A stretch of DNA of 64,000 bases from positions 1 to 64,000 of the IMG/VR virus record IMGVR_UViG_3300034073_002480, one strand, 5' to 3'. The stretch comes from a virus. The first letter of the stretch is position 1. Every line of letters starts with the position of its first letter. The position numbers and the translations under genes are program-made. Below are positions 27,883 to 38,205 of this stretch, piece after piece. The notes beneath the pieces were generated by a model. That model worked only from the letters and a program-made list of their open reading frames with translations, was not told the DNA's origin and made no database searches.

Positions 27883-28467
27883 ATGAAATATACAACAACA
27901 GCAAATTTCGCTATGGCAGGTGCGTTAGGTGGAGGCATTAAAACTGGTGTTCTCAGCCGTATTACAGGTCAATTAGGTTCAACCGTTGACAAAGCTAAAA
28001 ATTGGCTACAAAAGGCTAAACAAACTAAGCAACAAGTAGGTTCAGCAACACAAGCTAAAAACCGACTCAAGCCACAACCCTATGTATCACCTAATCTTAA
28101 AGCTGAAGAAATTGCAAGACGTAAGTATGGACAACCAGCAGTACCTACAGTTAATCAGGGAGCATTAGATCGTGGTCAAACCATGAAATCTAATCTTGGT
28201 GCTAACGCTAAACAACGTGTAGAACAACAAGCAAGAAATACTACACAAGCAAGTCAAGCTCTTAGTGCTAATACCCGTAACAATAACTACCAATACGCTA
28301 AAAATGCTGAAGCAAAAGGTGTTCTTGCTAATGCTGGTAGTGGTTCTAGAACAGATGGTCTTCGCAACCAACAATCTTTACGTTTGCGCTACACCAAAGA
28401 TCCTCGTACTGGTAAGCTTGTATCTGCTGCTTACTCCGCACCTATTTCTCTTCTATGTGACCTCTAA
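27883..28467 (+). CDS. Basic Gln-rich putative cargo protein
   Basis: Leader MKYTTTANF; C-terminal AAYSAPISLLCDL. Confidence 0.55.
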   Translation: MKYTTTANFAMAGALGGGIKTGVLSRITGQLGSTVDKAKNWLQKAKQTKQQVGSATQAKNRLKPQPYVSPNLKAEEIARRKYGQPAVPTVNQGALDRGQTMKSNLGANAKQRVEQQARNTTQASQALSANTRNNNYQYAKNAEAKGVLANAGSGSRTDGLRNQQSLRLRYTKDPRTGKLVSAAYSAPISLLCDL

Positions 28468-29111
28468 TGCTCAAATACACTGACATAACAGATATCAAGG
28501 AAGTTCTTGCACCTCGTCTTGCTATTGATGATAACAGTGGTGTGGTTGTGCCTACTATTGGTGGTCAGCAAACCGTCACATATCGAACCGTAGAAAGAAT
28601 AGGGTTGGAAGTTGAGGAGTGGATGGACTCTCACCTAAGATTGATATACGAAATGCCTTTGTTGCAAGAACACTATATACTCAAAAATATAGCTAAGAAA
28701 CTTGTGATATCTGACCTAATGTTCTACTATTTTGAAGGGCAAGTACAGTTGTCAGGTGACTCTAACGTAATGGCTAGTTCTAGGTTAGCTGCTTTGGATT
28801 TATTTCAGTCTTTGTTTATGGGTACTGGTATTGTCATAGCTGGTGCTACAGCAACACCACAAAACCAAGCAGGACAACAACAACTACAAGCACGTTTCAT
28901 ACCTTTAGCTGGTGAGATCCTCAAAACATCTATCGGTATTGAAGGTCAAGATCTCCAATTGTTCACCACGACTGAAACCCCCCAATCTTACTATATTGGT
29001 GAGCAAAACAAAACTGATCCTAACGTGCAGTCTTATGACCGTTCTAGAGTTAAGATTGACTTCTATGAAGATAGATATACCAACCAAGCAGGGTCTTACA
29101 GATGTCCGTAG
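28467..29111 (+). CDS. Head-tail adaptor (Mu gp36-like)
   Basis: MLKYTDITDI...EEWMDSHLRLIYEMPL...LKNIAKKLVISDL. Confidence 0.65.
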   Translation: MLKYTDITDIKEVLAPRLAIDDNSGVVVPTIGGQQTVTYRTVERIGLEVEEWMDSHLRLIYEMPLLQEHYILKNIAKKLVISDLMFYYFEGQVQLSGDSNVMASSRLAALDLFQSLFMGTGIVIAGATATPQNQAGQQQLQARFIPLAGEILKTSIGIEGQDLQLFTTTETPQSYYIGEQNKTDPNVQSYDRSRVKIDFYEDRYTNQAGSYRCP

Positions 29112-29602
29112 CAATACAAGTACAAACAAACAGATCAGTAACAGGGCAAGTACCTTTGCCACCTATAATTGACGACCCTTATCTGGAACCATTGGTTAAA
29201 TATATTTATGAGCAGTTGGTGTACGCTTTTGATCCGATAGTCATTGTCCGTAGCTACAAGGCTTACAATAGTTACCAAGAATCTCTGAACAACTACCCTC
29301 TACTCAAAGCTTATAGACAAAGTGACCAATATGCACCAAACACACTCTGGGCTTCTTCGACTATTGCTATACAACACTGCATGTCATATCCTATTAATGC
29401 CGATCTTGCAAAATACGGCGTTCAGGTTGGTAATGCAATAGCCCAGTGTCTGTTGATGCCAGATTTATTGGAAAAAACAAAAGTGCAAGTGGATCTCTCT
29501 GTACCTTTGCAGATCCAGTATGACACCCAACTCAATGCTAACTATGAACCTGTTATGCAATTCGTAACCGCAACGTGTAATATCTACACTAGTGCGCTAT
29601 AA
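29102..29602 (+). CDS. Putative tail completion/terminator protein
   Basis: Size, YPLLKAYR motif and position after the adaptor. Confidence 0.45.
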   Translation: MSVAIQVQTNRSVTGQVPLPPIIDDPYLEPLVKYIYEQLVYAFDPIVIVRSYKAYNSYQESLNNYPLLKAYRQSDQYAPNTLWASSTIAIQHCMSYPINADLAKYGVQVGNAIAQCLLMPDLLEKTKVQVDLSVPLQIQYDTQLNANYEPVMQFVTATCNIYTSAL

Positions 29603-29629
29603 TTACTATATATCACTCATGAGGTTAAA

Positions 29630-30481
29630 ATGACTGTTTCTATTTCTACCACTGGTACTCGTACATCGGCAACGCTATCTGTGCCTTTAACTATTAACAT
29701 CGGTGTATTACCTGCTGTTGGTAATGATACTACTGATTCTTTATATCTACCTGTTGTTTATCGTGATTTCACGCCTACATCTTTTGTTTTGACAGGTCAA
29801 ACTGTTGTATCTGGTGCAGCCACCTTCACACCTTCTGCTATCGATTTTGCTAATCTCCGTGTAGGTGATATTGTATCGGCTGTTTCTGCTGGTACTGTTA
29901 CTATCCCCTCACCTGCTACTTTTACTCGCACAGCTAAAGTGTATGAGGGTTTGGACTTTATTGTTCTTACAGGCACATCTGCCCTACCTAAAGATGGTGA
30001 TGCTATTAGTGGTACTGGGATCGGTTCTGGTGCTATTGTAAAACGTGTTGACACTGCAAGTCGTACTGTTTATCTTACTGTTGTTAATACAGAATCTTCT
30101 GTTGTTGCTTCACCTGTGACGATTACAGTTACTCCTGCTGTACGAATCACTGCTTTGAATACCACCACACGTTTGGTTACGCTCAACGCTAACTTTGCTG
30201 GTACTGGTACTGATGTTGCGGGTTCTTTAACTTTTACACCATCCCCATTTGATGCTGTTTTATATTACCTTGAATGTGTACATACAGCTACCACTGTTGA
30301 CCGTTTAAACATTGCTGTACGTACTTACTCACAAACAGGTACTTTGGCATTTGATGCTGACGGTACTGGTACTGATGACACTACTTTAGCAAGCGTTGGA
30401 CAGCAACCAGTTGGTAATTTCTTCATCAATACTGATACCTTCTTGACTAATGCCCGTAAACCTCGTGTAAACCCTTCATAG
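29630..30481 (+). CDS. Structural protein (candidate major tail or tail-associated)
   Basis: Thr/Val-rich beta protein with a strong GAGG SD, upstream of the chaperone and tape measure genes. Confidence 0.45.
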   Translation: MTVSISTTGTRTSATLSVPLTINIGVLPAVGNDTTDSLYLPVVYRDFTPTSFVLTGQTVVSGAATFTPSAIDFANLRVGDIVSAVSAGTVTIPSPATFTRTAKVYEGLDFIVLTGTSALPKDGDAISGTGIGSGAIVKRVDTASRTVYLTVVNTESSVVASPVTITVTPAVRITALNTTTRLVTLNANFAGTGTDVAGSLTFTPSPFDAVLYYLECVHTATTVDRLNIAVRTYSQTGTLAFDADGTGTDDTTLASVGQQPVGNFFINTDTFLTNARKPRVNPS

Positions 30482-30482
30482 C

Positions 30483-30887
30483 ATGATCCGTGTTTTAGAC
30501 ACAAAATATAAATCTATAGGTAATATTTTACTAATCCCTGCTTCTGATGAAGCACCGTTTTATGTAAAATCACCTATAGATTTTACCATAGAAGAAAAAG
30601 ATAAAGTGTATCATATGGTAATGCGTTATACAAATTACAACGATACTTTTGATCTTTTGTCATGCAAGATGGTAATATCTTTACAAACTTATGACCAACG
30701 TGTGTGTCTATTGCATATGCATAACTACATAACACCAGATCCTGACCACAAAGAATATGGGTCTGGTTATGTTTTAAGTTGGATTGTAGGTTATAATAAA
30801 GACAAAGGCGTAAACGACGACCTATACAAACTATATATTTCTGAACCACTATGTCTAACAAAATCACAACAAGAACAGAAAAGCTAA
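30483..30887 (+). CDS. Hypothetical tail-region protein
   Basis: 134-aa ORF within the operon. Confidence 0.6.
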   Translation: MIRVLDTKYKSIGNILLIPASDEAPFYVKSPIDFTIEEKDKVYHMVMRYTNYNDTFDLLSCKMVISLQTYDQRVCLLHMHNYITPDPDHKEYGSGYVLSWIVGYNKDKGVNDDLYKLYISEPLCLTKSQQEQKS

Positions 30888-31288
30888 CATACAATGATGG
30901 TACTACAGTATTTGTAAAACGTGTACCTCGCGCACAGTTAGCTGAACTACAAGAGCTACAAGATGAACTTTTGCGTATTTTTGTTGATAACCAAGCATCT
31001 TTTGCAGCTTTGGTTCTCGATGATAATGCTTACACTATCATGGAAACTATCTTTTCTATGTTGCCTACTGTATCTGGTCAGCCTGTTGACTTTAGCAAAC
31101 TCGAAGATGACTATGAACAATTAGTGCGCTTCTTCTGTTCTCGCAGTGTTCGTGATGATGGCACTTATGATAAACTCGAACCATCTATTTTATCTTCTTT
31201 GCACCACTTTAACTATGCTGGTACAATGGGGGAGTTGGTGGAAGAGAGTACAAAGAAGAGGCTTGCAGAACTAGAGGACTCCGAGTAA
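30851..31288 (+). CDS. Tail assembly chaperone (G-like)
   Basis: Acidic helical protein two ORFs upstream of the tape measure. Confidence 0.6.
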   Translation: MSNKITTRTEKLTYNDGTTVFVKRVPRAQLAELQELQDELLRIFVDNQASFAALVLDDNAYTIMETIFSMLPTVSGQPVDFSKLEDDYEQLVRFFCSRSVRDDGTYDKLEPSILSSLHHFNYAGTMGELVEESTKKRLAELEDSE

Positions 31289-31680
31289 GTTCTGGTGATC
31301 CTGAAGCTGACTTCTTTGCTCAACTTTTGGAACTAAATCCTAAAACTGGTATAGATTTGTATAGCACATATGACCACGTGTTTTTAGAGAATGTTGTATC
31401 AACACAAGTACAAATGCGTACACCACCAGAAGATCGTGAACAAGAGAACAACAACATAGAATATAAAAAACTTCTGTCTGAAGTTGTCTCCAACGATCTA
31501 CAACTTGATTTTGGTGGTGTATTCACAAAATATGAAGATCTGGTAGAGAAATGTGTAGAATACAAACCTATACAAAAAATAATACCAGCAGAGATTCAAG
31601 CTAAAATTTTAACTGGGCAAGAATTAACACCAGAAGAGATAGAGATACTAACAAATGGCAGTAACACCACTACAACCTAG
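31213..31680 (+). CDS. Tail assembly chaperone extension (T-like), probably reached by -1 frameshift
   Basis: The -1 frame is open from 31213, overlapping the end of the upstream gene; no strong start of its own; abuts the tape measure. Confidence 0.55.
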   Translation, partial: LCWYNGGVGGREYKEEACRTRGLRVSSGDPEADFFAQLLELNPKTGIDLYSTYDHVFLENVVSTQVQMRTPPEDREQENNNIEYKKLLSEVVSNDLQLDFGGVFTKYEDLVEKCVEYKPIQKIIPAEIQAKILTGQELTPEEIEILTNGSNTTTT

Positions 31681-34600
31681 TCTTATAGCTAACCGTATAC
31701 CTACCCCACAATCTGTTGTACCAAACTTGGATTTCAGTAAGATCCAGAAACAGTTTGCTGATGCCAGTAAAATAACGGTTGACTATATAAAAAGTTTAGG
31801 TGGGTTAACAAAGGCTTTTGGCACTGTAGGAAAATCAACTGCTGCAACAACTAAATCTGTAAAAGAGGTTGACCGTTCTTTTAACTTGTTGGGTGTTACT
31901 GTTAAAGGTACGGCTAAAGAACTCATACAAGTTGGTACAGCTTTAACTACACTATCAGGCTCTTTCTTTGACCTTCAACAAAGAGTAGGTTTGGTAACAG
32001 CACCCTTAAAAGGTGTGGTCGATGCTCTAGGTGCAATATCTGATAAAGCAAAAGGTGTGGAAATCGCCCAAGCTATTGGTATTGACACATCAGGTATCCA
32101 AAAGTTAGAGTTGTTTCGTGCTGGTATTTTTGGTAACACCGAAGCTTTACAACAATTTCGCACAGTCTCTCAGACTGCTGGTGTTACATTCACCCTCAAC
32201 TTAACAAAGTTGAACACTATTCTTAAGGCATCAAAAGAAGAGTTACGAGATGTTGGGCAAGAGGCGCGTAAACTCTCAAAAGAACTTAACGGTGCGGTAT
32301 CATCTGTTGACATTTTAGCTGGTCAATATCAGATTGCTTCTGCTGGTTTTACAAAAGCTATTGATTCTAATGCAATCGCTAAAGCTGCTGGTGTTTTGTC
32401 AACAGTTGGCTTCAATGATTTCTTTTCTACGGCTGATCTTGTCACGAAGTCACTAAGAGCTTATGGTTTAGAAGCAAGCAAAGCTGGTGAAGTAGCTGCT
32501 AAACTTAATGCTGTTGTTGAAGTTGGTATTACTACTATACCTGAACTTGCTGCTGGATTTGGTGAAACTGCTGTTGTGGCTAATGCATTTGGTATTAGTT
32601 TAGATCAACTTGGTGCTGCTATTGCGACTATTACCACACAAGGTTCTTCTACACCTGAAGCTTTGACAGGTATCGAAGCTTTATTGAGAACTTTGGCAAA
32701 CCAGTCACCTCAAGCAACAGAAGCTTTAGCTAAACTTACTTTAAATGGTCAGCGCGTAAAATTTGATATTGCCACTGTGCAAGCTAAAGGTTTGGGTGGA
32801 GCTTTAACTGATGTCTTTAAAGCTGCTAACGGTAATGTAGAAATTCTGCGGGAAATCATACCAGAGTCTCGTGCTTTACAAGCTGCATTGGCACTAGCAG
32901 CACAAGGTGGTTCTTTGTTTGCTAAATCTCTTAATGAAATATCTCAATCGTCACCAGAAAAACTAAGCAACATTTTTGGAGAGGTACAAGAAGATCCATC
33001 GATTAAACTAAAAGCTATTGCAACAAGAGCAGAAGAACTGGTATCATCTTTATCAGGTTCTTTTGATAATCTCACAAACTCTGCATTAGGATCTTTAGCT
33101 AACTTTGTATCTGTTACAGAGAGTATAGCTAATAACCCTGTGATTCAAAAGTTAGGTGAAGGTTTTCTTTTTGTTTCTGACATTATAAGTAAACTTACTG
33201 GGGTTTTTGGTGCATTAGGTGGTGCTGGTTTATCTGTATTAGGCACTCTGATATCTTTGAACCTCACCAATACATTGTTTGGCAAAGGTTTAGCTGGTAT
33301 TGCACAACAAGGTTCGTTGTTGAAAGAATCTATATTTGGTGTTCGTAATTTTGGTTTAGCTGTACAACAACTGGTGGGTATAGATACAACTAAATCTGTT
33401 ATTACAAACCTACAAACACAAATAGAGGATCTTGAAATAAAAGGTAAGGCTCTTCGATTACTGCCGTTAGCAGATCAAGATGCTGCACAAATACAAGAAG
33501 TTGATGACAGAGTTGAAACACTAAAAAATAAGATTGTTGAACTCCAACAACAAGCTAATAAACCCACAGAGTTAGCCTTACAAGGTGTAAAAGAAGCTAT
33601 TGCTGAAGTACAAGCCCTTGACCAAGAGTTAGAAGGATTAGCAGCAAATGATCCCAAACGTGCAGATCTACTCAACAAACAAGCTGATGCTATCGGTCGC
33701 GCTGGTGAAGAAAGACTGAAGCTAGAGCAAGAGATCAACAATCAACAGAAAGCTCAAACTATAACAGCAGCAGAAGCTGAAGCCCGTAGAAGAGAAGGTT
33801 CTGATTTGTTGGCATCTTTGGGTTCTAAAGGTCAAGGTATAGCGGCATTTGATACAGCTACCCAAACCACAACACTTAAAGATATACAACAAGAGCTTGA
33901 AAAAGAAAAAGCAAAAGGTACAGCCGCAGATGCAACACGTGTAGCTAACCTAGCAGCTTCTATAAAACAACTAGATAGCGGTGTTTTAGGCGTTCTAGAC
34001 AAGAATGGGCGGTTGACGGACACTTATAGGCGACAAGAGACAATCGGGCGTACAGCCGCGCTTACAGTGGCAAAAGCGTATGATTTTTTAACAGGACGGT
34101 TGGGACGTACACGTGCAGAGCTACAAGGTATAGATGCTGCACAAAGGGCAGTGCTAAGTTCTCAAAACATAAATAACGCGGGTGCTGCATTTGGTAAGTT
34201 ATTTTCTACGTTACCAAGTTTGACTATAGGTGCTTTTAATGGTTTGTGGAAACTCACAGGAGCTACTGTTCGATTTGGTGCGGATTTATTGTCACAGTTT
34301 CTTAACCCGTTGACATTAGGGCTTGCAGCTATTAGTCTAGCTTCATCAGCTTTCGATGCTTACAACAAAGGTCTGGCATTTCAACAATCAGTCACAGAGA
34401 AGTTAGCTGAAGCACAAAACAGAAGAACAGAGGCTATACGAGACACCACAAAAGCATTAGAAGATCAAGCTCGTGTACAGAAACTAGTTGCAAGTGGTTT
34501 CACAGAAAAACAAGCTACAAAGATAGTTGATGAAGATAACAAACGTGCAGAATTACGTGCTGGTTTGGAGTCTGGTGTATCAGCAGAAAGACAGTCTAGA

Positions 34601-37600
34601 ATATCAAAACAGTTAGCGACAAATGACCTTCGTAGTGCTGATGTGTTTTTAAGAGAAGAAACACTAAAAACATCAGCTAATAGGTTGGGGTTGGGTACAG
34701 ACAACGGTGAAGCTGTTGGTAAAACAACTGCACGTAACATCACAACCGCTTTGCTGACAGGTGGTGGTGCTATTGCTGTTGGTACAGCTTATGGTGGGGC
34801 TATTGCATCAGCTTTTGCCGCAGCAGGTACTGTTGTAGCGCCAGGTATCGGTACTATTATTGGTGGTGCTATAGGTGCGATAGCTGGTCTTGCTATAGCT
34901 GAAGCTGTAAGAAAAGCTCAAGGTGAAGCTGAGTCACAAGCTATTATTGCAGAAGCATCGGCACGTAAACGTCTAGAACTTGAGCAGAAATTCAAGCCAA
35001 ATGAAGCTGCAACAGCCCAAGAACGGACAGCAAGACAAGCTCGTGTTGACCAAGGTGTATCTTTATTTGAAGCACAAGCAAAGGCATTGCAAAGCCAAGC
35101 AGGTGCAGATGCTAACGTAATCGAACAACTTAAAAATAAAACGACTGGGTTTTTAGCTGGTCAAGGTGAAGTTGCAAAACAAATACAAAATGTAATAACT
35201 GCTAATAACAAGTTAATAGAAGATGTTAATACAAGCTTAGAAAAAAATCAAATACCAGAATCTCTGTTCAATGATGCAGATCTCACTAACAAAGTCAACA
35301 GTTTGTTAAAAGGTTCTTCAACTATTGATAACAATGCTTTAATACAAGTTGAAGCTAGACTGGAAGCTGAGAAAAAAGCACTACAAGACCAGAAACAAGC
35401 TGCACAACAGTTTTTAGATAAAGCTACAGAGGATGGTGACAAAGCGGCAATACAAGTAGCAAAATCCCAAGTTGAGAAACTGGTAGCACAAGAATCTGAG
35501 TTTGACAGAATCAGAAGAAACATAGATAAAAAAGTAAAAATAGCTAACACGCAGATCCAAAATGCTTTTGCCTTAGGGCAAGGTGCTGCTGAGTTGGTTA
35601 AAACTGACGAGATTAAATCTATAACAAGTGCTTTACAGGATTTCAACAAAGCTATTTCTTCTACGGCTACTGATGAAGATATAAACAAGCTGCCTAGTTT
35701 AGTACAAAGCTTAGGTTCTAGTTTTGAGCAATTGTCAGCTATCAGTACAGAAGATACTTTAGGCGCACTTGCTGAAATCCAAAAATTATTGGCGAACAAA
35801 GATATAGTTAATGCTGGTAAACAGCCTGTACTTGCATTACAGAATATTGTCACACAAACAACTCGTTCTGTAGCACAAAGACAGGTGGTGTTAGCTGAGA
35901 ATGCTGTACGTAGAATACAAGGGTTAGCAAATGCACAAGATGCATCTACAGCACGTGCAGGTCAAGAAGCACAGACACAAGCAGAGTTAAAAGTTATCGA
36001 GGCAAGAATACAAGCTGCTGAGAAAGAAGTTGCTATTGCCCAAGGTGCTAACCAAAAAGAAGTTGCAGCTAATGAACTAGCACTTGCACAACAAGAAAAG
36101 AAAAACAAACTTGCTGAACAGAAAGCACAGACAGAACTTAATGCAGCTAACCTAGTTTTTGAACGTCAGAAAGCTATATTTGACCTTGAGAAAGCACGGT
36201 TGGATCTCACAAGAACTGACCTTGAGTTAAAAAAACAAGTATTTGAAAAGTTTGGATTAGCCACAGAGTCCACTGACGTTGAGATAGCACGTAATCGTCT
36301 GGCACAGTTGGAGTCTGATGCTGGTAAACAAAGACTTGAGCTTGCTAAAGAACGTGCAGACCTGTTGCGTGTACAACAAGAAGGGTTGGCAAAGCAAAGA
36401 GCAGCACAGGAAACATTAGTGTCCACTGCTGTACAAAAGACAAACATAGAAAGAAAAGAGTTTGACCCCAAACAGTTTGCTGATGCTCGTGCGTCTATAA
36501 CAAAACAAGAACAAGAATCTATAGCTAAAGCCAGACAAAATACAACAAGTGGGATATCACCTGATGCTATAAAAGCTTCAACTGAAGGTGTAAATAGTAA
36601 TTATGCTGATGTAAGAAAAGCCTCACAATTTACACTTGATAAAGTAAAGAAAGCTGAAGAAGCTGCGGAACAAAAAGTAACAGCCATACGTAAACAAGCT
36701 GCTGCTGAACGTCAAAAAATTGATCTTGCGGAGTACAACGCACGATTAGATTTCAGTGATAAACAAGCAAAAGAAGAAAATGCACGTACAAACAAAAAAA
36801 GTTCTACAGCACAGAAATTAGGTGAGGGTAAAATCGTAGTAACTGTACGTGATAACCGTGTACAGCAAGAGCAATCTGAAGAACTGAAAAGACTAGATGA
36901 ACGCAACAAACTAATAGACGAAGGTTTAAAAAAGAAAAAAGCAGAAGCACAGTTACAAATTGACATCGCGGAAGCTTATGATGGTGTGCTAAATCCTCTT
37001 GACCGTCAATCAAAGAAATTAGTGGAGGTCAACACTAATACTACACAAGTATTGGCGGCGTTACAACAGATTAACCCTTTGTATGTATCACAAGAAGCTT
37101 TATTAGGTGGAATACAGTCTAGCGCTGGTTTACAAATACTTAATGCCAAGCGTACTCTTGACGTAGAAAAGCAAAAGCTAGATGTGCAAGAAAAACTGTT
37201 GAAGAAAAACGGTTTGTTAACAGCCGAAGCTAAAAAGCAAATTGATGACCAGAGGCAATTAATACAAACACAGTTCCAACAAGAAGTTGTGAGCATCCAA
37301 TTTGAAGCGCGACAAGCAAGTATTGATGCGTTTGCACGTAAAATAGCTGTTGGTATAGAACAGAAGATCAAAGGTTTGGACATCACACGTAATGCTTTAG
37401 GTGTGTTTGCTGAATCATTTGAAGACTCTGACAGTAAAGAAGCTGTTGATGCTAGAAAACAAGCTGCTGCCATTGGTATAGATATTGCTACAAGACAAGC
37501 TGCTCTTGCAGAACAGACACTAAAAATAGAGCAAGAAAAGACACTTAACCAGCTTAAACAAAATGATTTGCAGTTGCAGTTCCTTGACATCCAACTGAAG

Positions 37601-38146
37601 ATCCAAGGCACACAAACCAAAGATAAGGATCTACTAGATGCTATAACAAGCGCACGAGGTTCAATATCTGGTTTGAGGGCAAACATTGGTGCGGAAATAC
37701 AAAATGCACCTGCACGTTTTGCTGAAGAGCAGAAACTACAAAGACAACAATCTGTGTTAGATGTTTCTTCTACGGCTCTGAGATTCCAGTCACAGTTTGG
37801 AAAACCAGATGAACTCAAAAAAGCACAGGAAGAATTTAAACGTGTTAATAATTTGAACCTAAATCGTCCTGTGGGTAATACAGGTGTTAATAATGCTGTG
37901 CAAGTTCTACAGGAGCGTAGTACACAACAACAAGAACAGTTTACACAAGCTTTTGGTTCTGGTATTCAAAGACAACCTGTACAGCAAACACCTATACGTC
38001 GCCAAGCCGATGGCTCTATAACCAACCAACCACCAAATTATACGGTGAACATCAACGTTGCTGGTACAAATGCAACACCACAAGAAATTGGTAAAGTAGT
38101 GCGTGAGCAGATGCTTAATACCACAAAAGAGTTGCTACGTCGGTAG
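31655..38146 (+). CDS. Tail tape measure protein (TP901-type core), 2163 aa
   Basis: DILAGQYQIASAGF, LRAYGLEA, FGISLDQLGAAIATIT; long Ala/Gln-rich coiled coils with TM segments. Confidence 0.93.
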   Translation: MAVTPLQPSLIANRIPTPQSVVPNLDFSKIQKQFADASKITVDYIKSLGGLTKAFGTVGKSTAATTKSVKEVDRSFNLLGVTVKGTAKELIQVGTALTTLSGSFFDLQQRVGLVTAPLKGVVDALGAISDKAKGVEIAQAIGIDTSGIQKLELFRAGIFGNTEALQQFRTVSQTAGVTFTLNLTKLNTILKASKEELRDVGQEARKLSKELNGAVSSVDILAGQYQIASAGFTKAIDSNAIAKAAGVLSTVGFNDFFSTADLVTKSLRAYGLEASKAGEVAAKLNAVVEVGITTIPELAAGFGETAVVANAFGISLDQLGAAIATITTQGSSTPEALTGIEALLRTLANQSPQATEALAKLTLNGQRVKFDIATVQAKGLGGALTDVFKAANGNVEILREIIPESRALQAALALAAQGGSLFAKSLNEISQSSPEKLSNIFGEVQEDPSIKLKAIATRAEELVSSLSGSFDNLTNSALGSLANFVSVTESIANNPVIQKLGEGFLFVSDIISKLTGVFGALGGAGLSVLGTLISLNLTNTLFGKGLAGIAQQGSLLKESIFGVRNFGLAVQQLVGIDTTKSVITNLQTQIEDLEIKGKALRLLPLADQDAAQIQEVDDRVETLKNKIVELQQQANKPTELALQGVKEAIAEVQALDQELEGLAANDPKRADLLNKQADAIGRAGEERLKLEQEINNQQKAQTITAAEAEARRREGSDLLASLGSKGQGIAAFDTATQTTTLKDIQQELEKEKAKGTAADATRVANLAASIKQLDSGVLGVLDKNGRLTDTYRRQETIGRTAALTVAKAYDFLTGRLGRTRAELQGIDAAQRAVLSSQNINNAGAAFGKLFSTLPSLTIGAFNGLWKLTGATVRFGADLLSQFLNPLTLGLAAISLASSAFDAYNKGLAFQQSVTEKLAEAQNRRTEAIRDTTKALEDQARVQKLVASGFTEKQATKIVDEDNKRAELRAGLESGVSAERQSRISKQLATNDLRSADVFLREETLKTSANRLGLGTDNGEAVGKTTARNITTALLTGGGAIAVGTAYGGAIASAFAAAGTVVAPGIGTIIGGAIGAIAGLAIAEAVRKAQGEAESQAIIAEASARKRLELEQKFKPNEAATAQERTARQARVDQGVSLFEAQAKALQSQAGADANVIEQLKNKTTGFLAGQGEVAKQIQNVITANNKLIEDVNTSLEKNQIPESLFNDADLTNKVNSLLKGSSTIDNNALIQVEARLEAEKKALQDQKQAAQQFLDKATEDGDKAAIQVAKSQVEKLVAQESEFDRIRRNIDKKVKIANTQIQNAFALGQGAAELVKTDEIKSITSALQDFNKAISSTATDEDINKLPSLVQSLGSSFEQLSAISTEDTLGALAEIQKLLANKDIVNAGKQPVLALQNIVTQTTRSVAQRQVVLAENAVRRIQGLANAQDASTARAGQEAQTQAELKVIEARIQAAEKEVAIAQGANQKEVAANELALAQQEKKNKLAEQKAQTELNAANLVFERQKAIFDLEKARLDLTRTDLELKKQVFEKFGLATESTDVEIARNRLAQLESDAGKQRLELAKERADLLRVQQEGLAKQRAAQETLVSTAVQKTNIERKEFDPKQFADARASITKQEQESIAKARQNTTSGISPDAIKASTEGVNSNYADVRKASQFTLDKVKKAEEAAEQKVTAIRKQAAAERQKIDLAEYNARLDFSDKQAKEENARTNKKSSTAQKLGEGKIVVTVRDNRVQQEQSEELKRLDERNKLIDEGLKKKKAEAQLQIDIAEAYDGVLNPLDRQSKKLVEVNTNTTQVLAALQQINPLYVSQEALLGGIQSSAGLQILNAKRTLDVEKQKLDVQEKLLKKNGLLTAEAKKQIDDQRQLIQTQFQQEVVSIQFEARQASIDAFARKIAVGIEQKIKGLDITRNALGVFAESFEDSDSKEAVDARKQAAAIGIDIATRQAALAEQTLKIEQEKTLNQLKQNDLQLQFLDIQLKIQGTQTKDKDLLDAITSARGSISGLRANIGAEIQNAPARFAEEQKLQRQQSVLDVSSTALRFQSQFGKPDELKKAQEEFKRVNNLNLNRPVGNTGVNNAVQVLQERSTQQQEQFTQAFGSGIQRQPVQQTPIRRQADGSITNQPPNYTVNINVAGTNATPQEIGKVVREQMLNTTKELLRR

Positions 38147-38205
38147 TACACAAAACTTGCCGTCATGGTAAGATTATAATAGTAGAATAAAAAGGAAAAA
38201 CACAC

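Noticed and set aside
31975-37818. Long antisense ORFs inside the tape measure (e.g. 35248-35853, 37006-37818) and in other genes
   Set aside because: These are shadow ORFs from codon bias on the coding strand; they are Ser/Cys/Phe-rich with no start signals.
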